A stretch of 59,545 nucleotides of DNA from Octopus bimaculoides (Eukaryota): the NCBI RefSeq assembly GCF_001194135.2, contig NC_068981.1, forward strand, positions 81,847,303-81,906,847, read 5' to 3'. How positions within the stretch are numbered: position 1 is the stretch's first letter; each line of letters starts with the position of its first letter. Below the pieces are notes generated by a model that searched no databases, was not told the DNA's origin, and was given only the letters and a program-made list of their open reading frames with translations. A program made the translations under genes and the position numbers. Shown piece after piece: positions 24,041 through 36,970 of this stretch.

Positions 24041-24423
24041 AGTGGAGGCGCAATGGCCCAATGGTTAGGGCAGCGGACTCAAGGTCATAGGATCGCGGTT
24101 TCGATTCCCAGACCGGGCGTTGTGAGTGTTTATTGAGCGAAAACGCCTAAAGCTCCACGAGGCTCTGGCAGGGGATAGTGGCGAACCCTGCTGTACTCTT
24201 TCACTGCAACTTTCTCTCACTCTTACTTCTTGTTTCTGTTGTGCCTGTAATTCAAAGGGTCAGCCTTGTCACACTGTGTCATGCTGAATATCTCCGAGAA
24301 CTACGTTAAGGGTACACGTGTCTGTGGAGTGCTCAGCCACTTGCACGTTAATTTCACGAGCAGGCTGTTCCGTTGATCGGATCAACTGGAACCCTCGACG
24401 TCGTAAGCGACGGAGTGCCAACA
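24041..24423 (+). mobile_element. tRNA-derived SINE family B, full length, 13 bp TSD
   Basis: Pol III A box tggcccaatgg and B-box-like ggtttcgattcc; (caa) tail; TSD atatcacatgtgg at 24028-24040 and 24424-24436. Confidence 0.9.
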
Positions 24424-25824
24424 ATATCACATGTGGTATACAGGTCATATTTCCCTATCTTCCATGTATCATATAAACACACATTCCCAATTTTTTTTTA
24501 AACCACCTGAGTGACTTAGGACTTGTGAAAGGAAAGCTTTATATTACTCAGAACTTGTGAAACAAAGGCAAACTAAAAGTCTGAAAACAAGCATCAATGT
24601 TTAAGATAGACTTATGAAAATACTTTGGACAGGCAAGGTTTAAGCTTAAAAATTTTCAGACATGTCAACATGGTCAATCAAGTCAAAATACAAATCTCTA
24701 TGAAGGGATCTTAATTTGGAGGAAAAAACACAAATATAAAAGCATGCATCATTCAAGTGGGAAACTTTCCCAATGCCACCAAGGGATTGATAAGTTGAGT
24801 TTATGAAAGTAATGTCAGTAACTTAGGCCATAAAAGTGGATTCATAACTGGAACACATATTTGTTTATAATACTTAAGTATATCTGCCTGTTTCTCTATG
24901 TGTTTGAGTCTATATGCCTACCTATGTATGTATATGCACATGTGTATGTATCTATACACACACATCTATGTATATATGTTTCTATCTATACAGGAGTCTA
25001 TGTATGTGTGTCTTTATGTAAATTACCTACCCCACTCTTCTAACTGATAAGGGAAGTTAGCCATCCTCCATTTCTCACTCTGAACACATATACACTGAGT
25101 GACAGATCCATAAAAACACAAAGCTACAAACCAACAAACATACATGCGCTAAAAAAAAGAAATTGAAAATGTAGTTATGCTTACAGAAAGATCAAGCCAA
25201 AACAATACACTCACACACGCACAAGTATATAAAAAAAATATCTGATACTCAAATCTCTTTAGCACATTAAAAAAATGGAATTTTAGTTAACAGAATCAGA
25301 CTGCTTAGAGGCAGGCATTAAGTTATCTCCACTCGACATCATTTTAATGCTGATTTTCATGATTTAAGTTCTTTATGTAAAGATATTTACACTGTATATT
25401 GCTTATGATTGAATAAAAGAAGTTTTTACAGTTCTTATAACTCCCTGGCTCCACCTCTAATATGAATATATTTAAAACTATACTCAGCTTTGCTGTCAGT
25501 TTGCAGTTAGCAACTAATGAAGATGTAAATAAGTACCTCATTGCCAGTATATTCACATCAGAAGTGCACATCTAACAGGCAGAGCTAACTTAATGTTTGC
25601 CTATAACTATTTTGATTTGGTTAAAGTCCTATTTAAATATGCTAAATACTTCTGAGCACCTCATATTATACGTATTAATAATCTGATAGAGATAATAATG
25701 TTATTTGACCTTTTCATAGAGTTCTTTATCAATCCATTACAACTGGAATATTTCCTGTAGCTCTAAGAGGTTATATTTCAATACTAGTTTATTTTACTCA
25801 TCAACTAACTCGCTTATAAATATC

Positions 25825-25861
<37 letters not shown>

Positions 25862-26309
25862 AATATAATACCTATATAAGTATATATATACGTCTATATT
25901 TGTAGGAGTACATGTATGGGTATATATTTAGGCATGTATGTATATGTATATAACCACATATATATCTGTAGGTATGTGTATATGTACATATATCCATCCA
26001 TGTACATCTGTCAATATACATGTATTTCAATATATTTATATATGTGTGTCCCTGTATGTAACTGTAGGTATCTGCGCCTATAGTACATGTGTGTGTGTGT
26101 GTGTGTGTTTTCTGCAATAAATGAAGAAATGGGGATGAGTAACAATTCTGTAAATAATAATAATAATATAAGCTCAAACCTTATAAGCAATCACCATGCA
26201 TTGACTATACTATTTTCTTTAGTCAATACACAGTGATCCCATATAAATATTATTAACAGATATATATATACACACACACACATATATATATACATATATA
26301 TATATATAC

Positions 26310-26351
<42 letters not shown>

Positions 26352-26635
26352 TACAAACAAAAAAGTAAATTTCAAACACAGCTTAGCTGTGAGAACAGCA
26401 GAAAAATTGCATGTCTACCCTTATAAGACAGAAAAAAGTTGCCAGCAGGCAGCTACAGGAATTGAACCTGTACCCCTCAAGTACCAGCTGAGTGCTTTAC
26501 CAGCCCTCTGACAACAATTACCATCAATTTTAAAGCTAACTGATAGCTTTTTTTGAATGCAACAACATTTTAATAAATAAACTGTTTGGTTTTAAATACA
26601 TATATACATATATATATGTGTGTGTGTATATAAAC

Positions 26636-26930
26636 TGGCACTCTGTTAGTTACAAAGATTCCAGTTGATCTGATCAATGGAACAGCCTGCTCATGAAATT
26701 AATGTGCATGTGGTTGAGCACTCTACAGTCATGTGTACCCTTAGCATATTACTCAGGGAGATTCAGCATGAAACAGAGTGTGATAAGGCTGGCCCTTTGA
26801 ATTACAGGTACAACTCATTTCTGCCAGCTGAGTGGACTAGAGCAATGCAAAAATAAAGTATCTTGCTCAAGGACACAGCACATCGCCCAGGAAATGATCG
26901 TGAGCCAAATAGCCTAACCACTAAGCCATG
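26636..26930 (-). mobile_element. Old SINE sharing the family B 3' half
   Basis: gattccagttgatctgatcaatggaacagcctgctcatgaaattaatgtgca matches the family B tail with CpG decay. A similar copy lies at ~51920-52210. Confidence 0.7.
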
Positions 26931-27769
26931 CACCTACATGCACAAACATACACACGTTTTGGTGCATGTATAGAAGTATACTTGTGTGTATATGCATCTG
27001 TGTGTCTATATATTATATGTATGAAGATATATGTTTGCCACTGTTGCTTCATTTTCTCCCACACTCTCTCTATGCATGTCCCCCCCCCCCACCAGTCCAT
27101 CCCTCTTGGTCTGATAATTGGAAATCTGGCAAGTATCCTCATGTAGAAAAATCTTTACTGACTCTTGTAAATGCTGTTTCTCTTTTTTCTCTTTCTCTCA
27201 TTGTCTTGAATTTTGTCACATTCAATCTGTCTCCATTCCCAAGATATATTTTTAGATTTTCACTTTTAATTATTTCTGTAGGGGTTTTTCATATACCTGT
27301 TTTTTTTTCATATATAGTCAAATAAAATTGTATCATAATCCACTTCTGGGAGAGGGCTTAATCACCTCAAACTCTTGACTTTATTTCCTACATATGTTTA
27401 TACTTCTTCTGTTGGTAATGCTTTTCTGTGTGTATATACAAATATATAAGTAAATGCTTTTCCAAATAAAATTGCACTTCATGTTTGAAGCTCTGATGAA
27501 GCTATAGGGAGATACACAAGCATTCAACTATGAGTGCATTGCATCTTATAGCAGAAGACAGCTGTAAGCTAATGAAATTCATGACATAATTTCTTATTCC
27601 CTTGTCATTTTAATTTCTTATTACTGCTCTGTACTCAACTGATGCTTTGTTCTAAAGTATATGTGCACTGAATTCTAACACCAGGTTATTAGTATTGCTA
27701 TGGCTAAGTGAAATAATGAATGAATGGATGCAAGTATATATGTATATATCTATGTATTTAGACACAGAA

Positions 27770-27974
27770 ATAAAGTGAAAGTCAGTGATGAATTTGACAT
27801 AAAGGTAGAAGTTCATCATGGTTCAGTCATCAGTCCCCTCTCATTCATCATAGTGTCTTTAAAGCCATTACAGAGGAATTTAAGATTGGCTATCTGTCGG
27901 AATTCCTATATGCTGATAGCCTAGTACTCTTAGCTGAAGCTATAGGAGAATTAGAGAGGAAATTCCAAGCATGG
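27770..27974 (+). mobile_element. Decayed RTE-type LINE reverse transcriptase fragment
   Basis: SDEFDIKVEVHHGSVISPLSFIIV / KAITEEFKIGYLSEFLYADSLVLLAEAIGELERKFQAW matches the RT motifs GVHQGSVLSPLLF and LLYADDL, with one frameshift and YADD changed to YADS. Confidence 0.85.
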
Positions 27975-29303
27975 TAGCCAAACCAAGAGTTGAGGGTAAC
28001 TTCAGGGAAATGGTCTGGCTCAGTAAGCAGAAAAGGAGCATGTATGTACTCCATATGCTGTATTCATTGTAAACTATAGACACATAAGAGGCAGACTTAC
28101 AGACATATTAAATATCCTTTGCTCAACTACTTAGTGAAATTGATCCAGCCTCCAGTGCTGCTACAACATCTTGCATTTTCACCATAATAGGTATCATAGC
28201 CACTGATATCAGATTCGCTACTATTTTAATAAGTAGCCTCAGTGTTTAATTGCAACTATAGTTGCCTTGAAAAACCTCAATAGCTAAAGAATGTGAACTA
28301 TATTTTTGTATCTTGAAAACTCTGCAGTGTTAACTGATAAGATCCAAGAATAATTTCCTAGGTTTGGGCTTTACGAGACCAACCTTCCCTCTAAAAGCAT
28401 TTGTTAAATTGCTTAAGTTACTTCTGAATCTGAAGCATATTTAGAACTAATCTGTAACCAATTCAAGCCAGTGATTCTAGGCAGTTAGACTTAAAAAATG
28501 AAAGTATTGTACTTTTGGATGACGTAATACAGTTCTTCATCTTTTCACGTACTGTATTCAGGCACCATTCACTTCAGTTGCTGATAAGCCAGCAAGAAAA
28601 CCTCTATGTTATTATTTGACTTGCTAGAAATGGCAGCCAAATCTCCATCATATCATACCCTACTAGCATAGAGAAAGAAGGAAATTTTGAATGATGGAGT
28701 CCAGAGAACACTTTCCCTGATTGAGATAAGCAAATCTCTGTGGATGACCAACCAGCTAATAATCACAACCAAATCTCCCTCAAAGTATACACTACTATAA
28801 AATAGAAGAATAGAAGAGACCCATTAATTAATGAAGTCCTAAATAACCATACAAAATGGGACAATCAATGATGGAAAAGTTTGGATCATAGGTTTGCTTA
28901 ATCAGACCAATCCAGTGCTAAACAACAAAAAAAAGTAAGATGGTCATGGCTGGAATGCATTTGACTATAGAGCTATCCAGTCAGTTTTCCAGCAACTCCA
29001 AGGTAGGCTGAGCTCACCAGCCCTGTATGGCAATTCACCTAGAAAAAAGCCAATCCAATGTAAAAAACCTACAGCTTGTTGGTCACCGCAGCTGTGGTCA
29101 GGCCACCAAGTCTAAAGAGTAGGATCGGATTGTGTGGACTGATCTCACTTTAAAGCTATTAAGTGTAGGCAGGAAAAATGCCCTGCAACATCAATGATCA
29201 GTTCACATAACCACTTAAAGGTGTGTTGCTCTTCCTCATGATCTTCAGGTACAAAGAAATTGCCATCATCACAGTGTCAATATGACTGACTACATCTCTC
29301 CTC

Positions 29304-29621
29304 GGTGGAGGCGCAATGGCCCAGTGGTTAGGGCAGCGGACTCGCGGTCGGAGGATCGCAGTTTCGATTCCCAGACCGGGCGTTTTGAGTGTTTATTGAG
29401 TGAAAACACCTAAGCACCATGAGGCTCCGGCAGTGGGTGGTGGCGACCCCTGTTGTACTCTTTCGCCCCAACTTTCTCTCACTCTTTCTTCCTGTTTCTT
29501 GAGTAACGCTGCGATGGACTGGCGTCCCGTCCAGCTGGGGAGAACACATACGCCATAGAAACTGGGAAACCGGGTCCATGAGCCTGACTAGGCTTTGAAA
29601 GGGCAACGTTTATTGTTTTAT
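29304..29621 (+). mobile_element. tRNA-derived SINE with family B head and a different 3' half, 10 bp TSD
   Basis: First ~190 nt match family B, then switch to gtaacgctgcgatggactggcgtcccgtccagctgggg...; TSD atctctcctc at 29294-29303 and 29622-29631. Confidence 0.85.
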
Positions 29622-30138
29622 ATCTCTCCTCCAAAGTGTAGCCTTCTCCCAATCTTAGAGATCAATAACAGATATAAATAATAAAAGAAAATTCCCCAAG
29701 ACCTTATGATCTCAAAAACAAACCATCAGAGGAAGCCACTATGTAGTTGCATGACCTACTAGAAACAAGAGTCAAATCTTTCTCAAATCATACCTGACTA
29801 TCTTAAAAAGGAAGGACGTATTGGAGTTGAGCAGTAACAACAATGAAAGAGCCTCTATATGGTAGCTTGATCTGCCACAAATAGCAGCCAAATTGCAACA
29901 TGCAAAAAATTAGCAAGCAAATTTTGACTTGTAAAAAATAGCAGCCGAATCTCTTAAATCACAGTCAATTGTCTTTATCAAAAAGAATGGGTGTACTGGA
30001 TATTTCAGTCTAAAACAAACTAGGTTAGGAAAACAGGTTGGTCATAACTAGAATACCTCTGATCTTAAGTATGCTAAATCTGGGCTGACATTGGCAAAAC
30101 AGAAAAAAACAAAAAACAAAAAAAAAACAAATGCTCAC

Positions 30139-30200
30139 CTTATCATCTTTAACATGCGACAGAGTATTTACAAACTCCTTGAATTTTTCACGGTTTTTTA
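30139..30200 (-). CDS. SOWAH: SOWAH-family coding exon 2 (VKNREKFKEFVNTLSHVKDDK)
   Basis: 62 nt exon absent from the ORF track. Acceptor ttattttgtttcag|, donor AAG|gtgagc. Phase 1 in and phase 0 out joins exon 1 to exon 3 exactly. Peptide continues the family motif (REKFK.FVN.L..VK). Confidence 0.88.
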
Positions 30201-31608
30201 CTGAAACAAAATAATAAAGTAAACATTAATTTAATAATTTCTTACACTAGCACAACAGGTCGAATTAATTGGGTTGAGTGTATAAGTATGGTGATTCTTT
30301 TATGTCGGAGTAAGCTACAAAGTAGATGAATTGAAGACAGAGGTGAAGCAATGTTCTGCATTTTTGTAATATCTGTCATAAATTGTTCTCAGAAGGAAGT
30401 ACTGTAATTACTCATGAGGGCATTAATGCATGGAATAAACTCTATATATCTTGGACCCAATACAGGGACCATCTATCTGAACTGACAGATAGCTGGTCGA
30501 TAAAGCAATTAAGGATATGAAAACAGGGAAAGGCCCCCGGCCCATAAAGAATGGTTACTGAGATGCTTAACCCATTACCTACCAGTGATCTCATATGAGA
30601 TTACTTAAAAATTACAAATTTCGTAATTATCTGTCAATATTTACACATATCTAACCTTTTTGCTATATCTACTAGGTATATTTCTCTGATATTCAAATGA
30701 GGTTTGCTAATTTTTCACCCAATATCTCGCTTATTTCTATTTAAAATGTTATTTTGATCATTCCAGCGAGTTTCTAAGGCTGTTTTATGCTAGAAATCAA
30801 AATTTCATTAAAAAATTCCAGTTAATAGAATTATGGGAGGTAATGGGTTAAATATTTAGTGGATTGGAATATGGCCTGGTCACCTGTAAATTAATCAGGT
30901 GGTCAAATGAGGAAGTCATACACAATGAATGATGTAGCAGCATTATAGTCAACTGCTATAAAAGTAAAGGTGACCCTCCCAGACAAAAATAATGACAGAA
31001 GTATCCAATTGCTGGACCAGGTCATGAAAGTTTCAGTCATTAGACTGCAGCCATGCTGGGGCACTGCCTTAAAGACTTTAGTCAAACAAATCGATTCCCG
31101 CATTTATGTTTTCTAAGCCTGATACTTATACTCTCAGTCCGTCTTGTCAAACTGATAAGTTATGAGGATGTAAACAAAAGAACAACAGTTGTCAAGTGGT
31201 GATAGGGGACTTGTGCATCAAGGCAGTGAACCAGCAGAATCGTCAGCTCACCCGGCAAAATGCTTAGCAGAATTTCATCTGTCTTTACAATCAGAGTTTA
31301 AATTCTGCCAAGATCAACTTTGCCTTTCATCCTTTCAGGTTTGATGAAAAAGTACTAGTTGAGTATTTGGGTTGATGTAATCAATATGAGCCCAGCCTCA
31401 AAATTTCAGGCCTAGTGCCTTGGCAAGCTGACAGAATCGTTAGTGTGTTGGACTAAAAGCTTAGCGGTATTTTGCCTGTCACTACACTCTGAGTTCAAAT
31501 TCTGCTGGGGTCAACTTTGCCTTTCATCCTTTCGAGGTTGATAGAACACTGGGGATGATGTAATTGACTCATCCATTTCTCCAATATGCCCTTGTGGCAA
31601 AATTTGAA

Positions 31609-31780
31609 ATCATCATCATCATCATCATTTAACGTCCGCTTTCCATGCTAGCATGTTTTGGACGATTTGACTGAGGACTGGTGAAACCAGATGGCTACAC
31701 CAGGCTCCAATCTGATTTGGCAGAGTTTCTACAGCTGGATGCCCTTCCTAGCGCCAACCACTCTGAGAGTGTAGTGGGTG
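31609..31780 (-). mobile_element. SINE family A, 5'-truncated copy
   Basis: (cat)n tail plus family A body, reverse strand. Confidence 0.85.
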
Positions 31781-31972
31781 TATTAATAATTATTATTATT
31801 GTTAGTAGTAGTATAGTGATTGCAGTAGTAGTAATTGTTTCTAATTATGATTCTTAGGAGCAGAGATTTCAAACTAGCATTTTTTTTTTAGCAGAAGGAG
31901 GACTGATATGACATCATCCTAATATTAGTCAAGTAAAAGAGGTTAGATAAGACCACTTAATAATGCCTCGCA

Positions 31973-32011
<39 letters not shown>

Positions 32012-32104
32012 TTTCATCTGCCTTCTCGTAACAATTAAACTGTCAGCTATGACAAACATATTTCAGAGCATGAATAACTCCCAATAAAAGACATAATATT
32101 TTCT

Positions 32105-32290
32105 TATGTTTCATATCTCTTTACTCTTTTAATTGTTTCAGTCATTTGACTGCGGCCATGCTGGAGCACCGCCTTTAGTTGAGCAAATCGACCCCAGGAC
32201 TTATTCTTTGGAAGCCTAGTACTTATTCTATCGGTCTCCTTTGCTGAACCGCTAGTTACAGGGACGTAAACACACCAGCATCGACCATTA
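32105..32290 (-). mobile_element. CORE-type SINE (family C), 3' half
   Basis: Closely matches the reverse complement of 34430-34610. Confidence 0.85.
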
Positions 32291-32296
32291 CAAGGC

Positions 32297-32490
32297 AGCG
32301 ATCTGGCAGAAACATTAGCATGCTGGATGAAGTGCTTATCACTACGTTCTGAGTTCAAATTCCACCGAGGTTGACTTTGCCTTTCATCCTTTCGGGACAG
32401 ATAAATTAAGTACCAGTTGCATACTGGGGTCAATCAAATTGACTGGCCTCCTCCCCCAAAATCTCAGGCCTTGTGCCTATAGTAGAAATG
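32297..32490 (+). mobile_element. tRNA-derived SINE family E
   Basis: gttctgagttcaaattccaccgaggttgactttgcctttcatcctttcggg recurs at ~31225, 31425, 32870 and 35060, and reversed at ~7560-7770 and ~54800-54960. Confidence 0.75.
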
Positions 32491-34208
32491 GTTATTTCAC
32501 CATTATATAGACAACGGAGTGATTACCAAGGTATATTTTCACTCTGAATGTAAACAGCTTAAAAAGCTTTTTAACCTACTAATCAAGAGCAAAAGAAATT
32601 AACCACAGCCAGAAGTCAACAACAAAATAAATGTATAATATTATAATTAATAACATTAATAACCTCATAAAATGTTTATAACTGACATTAATACATAATT
32701 AAAGGTTACATAATGATAATAGCAATGAAGAAACAAACTAAACAAAAATTACGATAATCATGTAAAGGGTTGATAGTTTAATCTTATATTTAAATCTGAG
32801 TGCATGTGTTGGGAAAATAGTGGGGGTGGAATAAGGAGTTATGGTAATATACAATGCAATGAAGGTGGTGAGCTAGCATGTTGGGTAAATGCTTGGTGGC
32901 ATTTTGTTCATCTTTACATTCTGTGTTCAAATTCCTCCAAGTCAACTTTGACTTTAATCCTTTCATATTGATAAAATAAGTACTAGTTGAGCACTAGGGC
33001 TGATCAAATCAACTTACCCCCTCCCCCCAAATTGCTGGGTGTTGTGCCAAAAGTGGAAGGGCTGGAAAGAAACCATAAGATATGAAGTCAAAATGAGTCG
33101 AGCTTGAAGTAATAACTCGTGCTAACGAAGACTGTTATATGTAATAAAATTCGAATAAAAAGATGCCTTTTTCTCTTTGGAAATTATATTGAATCAGTAT
33201 CCTCTCCACTGTTAGTTACCAACAAGAACAGCAACATTTCGCTTATGAAATAAGAATAAACAGAAGTGGGGAGATGTACCAGAAGGAAGAAGGTGAAAGC
33301 CATTGAACAAATAATACAAATGTAGCATGGCACATCAACATAACGAAGGAATAAAAAATTATATAGGCAGCATCAAAGGTCGTGAGATAGTAGATGGGGT
33401 TTTATATATATACATAGATGTATATACATACACTCAATAAACACATAGATGGATATATATGTTTATATATGTATATATAAACAATTTATATATACATATA
33501 TATGCCAGCATGGAAGGCAGATGTTAAACGATGATGTATATGTAGGTGTGTGTATATAAATATATAAGCACACATACATACATACATATATATACATGTA
33601 TATGTAGGTATGTGTATATAAAGATGTATATATAAACGTACACACAGGGAGCCAAGCAAAGTGAAACTGATTGTGAAATGCCATAAAAGAAGCTAAACCA
33701 AATGTTACGTTTGTTCTTCCTTACATTATAACTGTGAAATAATTAGAAACACTTGTGTGGTGTGCCTTTGTGTTAATTTATATTCATTTCTATATTTATT
33801 TATTTATTTATTAGAAAAATGTTAAGAAACCTCTGAAAAGAGAGAGAGGGAACATTGTAAGTGATAGATAAATATGGAGCAAAGAAAGCCCTTTAATAAA
33901 CAATGAAGAACAATAATATATTCTTACATGTATTTTTTCCTATTTTTACATACGTAGGATGCCTAGGATTTTTAAGGACGGAAGAAGTGGGTGTGGGTGC
34001 AGGAAGTTGTTCTCATTGCTGTTATTGTTGAACTTCAGCTCAGTTTTGATATCTTTTATCTTTTACTTGTTTCAGTCACTGGACTGTGGCCATGCTGGAG
34101 CTGGAACACTGCAAATCAATCCCAGTACTTTTTTTTTTTTATTTAAAAAAAATTCTGCTTATTCTATTGGCCACTTTTGCTGAAATGATAAGTTACAGAG
34201 ATGTAAAC

Positions 34209-34610
34209 AGGTGCAAGAGTGGCTGTGTGGTAAGTAGCTTGCTTACCAACCACATGGTTCTGGGTTCATTCCCTCTGTGTGGCACCTTGGGCAAGTGTCT
34301 TCTACTATAGCCTCGGGCCGACCAAAGCCTTGTGAGTAGATTTGGTAGACGGAAACTGAAAGAAGCCCGTCGTATATATGTATATATATATATGTATGTT
34401 TGTGTGTCTGCGTTTGTCCCCCCAACATCGCTTGACAACCGATGGTGGTGTGTTTACGTCCCCGTAACTTAGCGGTTCAGCAAAAGAGACCGATAGAATA
34501 AGTACTAGGCTTCCAAAGAATAAGTCCTGGGGTTGATTTGCTCGACTAAAGGCGGTGCTCCAGCATGGCCACAGTCAAATGACTGAAACAAGTAAAAGAG
34601 TAAGAGTAAA
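34209..34610 (+). mobile_element. CORE-type SINE (family C), full length
   Basis: tRNA-like head, caccttgggcaagtgt resembling the CORE/MIR central motif, internal TA/TG microsatellite, 3' half ending gactgaaacaagtaaaagag. Confidence 0.8.
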
Positions 34611-36691
34611 CCAACACAGGCTGTCAGGTGGGGGAGGGCAAACACAGACACAGAGATACATACACACACTATGGGCTTCCACACATCTACCAAATTCATC
34701 TACCAAATTCATTCACAAGGCATCAGTTGGTCAAGAGCTATTGTAGAAGGTACTTGCTTAAGGTACCATGCAGTGGTATTGAACCTGAGACTATGAAGTA
34801 AGTAAGCATGATTTAAACCACACAGCCATGCCTGATAGAAAAAAACTTATGATCACATGTGTTTCAGTCATGACTATCCTGCCATTTTATTAAGGAGCTT
34901 TTAGAAACACATCATCTCAACATTTTTGACAGTAAGAAGTGCTGGAGATCAAATATAAAATTACTGGTGTATTTTGTATAGAAAGTAAGAAATAAAAAAA
35001 AAAACTGCTTTAAAGTTAAAAATTCAGAAAAAAATCCCTAGAAAATTATTATTTACTTAGCTGCTGGCAGAATTATTAGCATGCTGGGCGAAATGCTTAG
35101 CAGTATTTCATCTGCTGCTACATTCTGAGTTCAAATTCCGCCAAGGTTGAATTTGCTTTTCATCCGTTTGGGGTTGATAAATTAAGTACCAGTGAAGCAC
35201 TGGGGCTGATGTCATCAACTAGTCACCTACCCCAAAATTTCAGGCCTTGTGCCTATTGTAGAAATGCTCATCAATCACATTTGTGTATAACAAAATTATG
35301 AGTAACATGCTTTTGAAAGCCAAAGTATTAATACGGATTTAGCATTTAAACCGGCTGTATCCAGCCCCAAATTTTCTACCTGCTATAAGTTCAAATCAAA
35401 CAGATCTGGCCTCTCACACCTACCTAACAATGTCATTGTAAAACTATACGATCACATTATTGAAACCTCAAAGCTACAAGATAATGCATAGTTAATTCAA
35501 AACAATTTGAATGAAAATGTATTACATTTAACAGAGTAATCTGAATGATAAAGAGTTAAATCATATTTTAAAACTTAATTGCACAGGCATAGCTATATGG
35601 TTAAAAAACTCATTTTGCAACCATGTGGTTTTGGGTTCAGTCCCACAGTGCAGCACCTGGGGCAAGCATCTTTTGCTATAGCCCTGAGCTAATCCAGACC
35701 TTGTGAAAGAATTTGGCAGATGGAAACAGTGTGGAAATAAGATGCTTGCTTCCCAACCACATAGTTCCAGGTTCAGTTCCACTGCATGGAATTTTGGGCA
35801 AGTGTCTTCTACTATAACCTCAGGGCCAAACAAAACCCTGCAAGTGGATTTTGGCAGACAGAAACCGAAAGGAGCCCATTGTAATATATATGTATGTGTC
35901 TTTGTGTCTATGTTTGTCCTCCACCACTGCCTGACAGTATTGGCATGTTTACGCCCCCATAACGTAGCAGTTTGGCAAAAGAGACTAATAGAATAAGTAC
36001 CAGGCTTAAAAAAATAAGTACTGGGGTTGATTCATTTGACTAAAAATTTTTCAAGGGGGTGCCCCAGCATGGCCACTGTCTAATGACTGAAGCAAATAAA
36101 AGATAATGCATATATATGTATCTGCATGTCTTTGTGTTTGTGCCCCCCATCCCCATTGCTGGACGACTGACGTTGGTTTGTTTACATCCCTACAACTTGG
36201 TGATTTGGCAGAAGAGACTGATAGAATAAGCACTAGACTCTAAAGAATAAATACTGGGGTCAATTTGTCCAATCAAACTCATCAAGGTGATGCCCTAGCA
36301 TGACCACAGTCCTACAACTGTAATAAGTAAAATAAAAAAAAAAGAGAAAAAAGCACATTAGTACCTCTTGGTGCATAGAGTTTCAGAACCTTTGACCTAA
36401 AGTATCTTTTCCTGTTTAATTTATAAACTTTAAGCTAGTGGAGTGAGAATTTTGATTTCTATTTCTAGCAGGGTGAATGACAATATAGAGCAGGATTGTC
36501 AAGCTCATTTGGCTTTTCATGCCAGATTGGAGCTTAAACTGGATAGGGACAACTGCTCCTAAATTCTTATATATATAATGTTTCTGCCTCTGTTTCTTTG
36601 TCACCCTCTAACCTTTCATCATCTGACACGAGTTCCCCTCTTCAAATGCCCCGGCCCCTTTCATAATTCCTTGTCTTGTGAGTTATGCAGT

Positions 36692-36970
36692 GTTGGTGTC
36701 ACGTAAAAAGCATCCAGTCCACACTGTAAAGTGGATGGCGTTTGGAAGAGCATCCAGCTGTAAAAAAACATGCCCAAACTAACCTTGCCCGAGCTAGTTC
36801 CACATAAAAAGCACTGAGTCCACTCTTTGGTGTTAGGAAGGGTATCCAGCCATAAAAACCCTGTCCAAACAGACAGTAGCATAGGGTAGGTTTTCTACCT
36901 GACCAGCTCCTGTGAACCGTCCTACCTATGCATGCATGGAAGATGGCTGTTAAACGATGATGATGATGAG
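36692..36970 (+). mobile_element. SINE family A-related diverged copy
   Basis: ggaagagcatccagctgt and gcatggaagatggctgttaaac(gat)n match family A at lower identity. Confidence 0.65.

Noticed and set aside
24041-24120. tRNA gene (A and B boxes, cloverleaf-like head)
   Set aside because: Continues into a ~300 nt body and tail flanked by TSDs and recurs in several copies; it is a SINE head.
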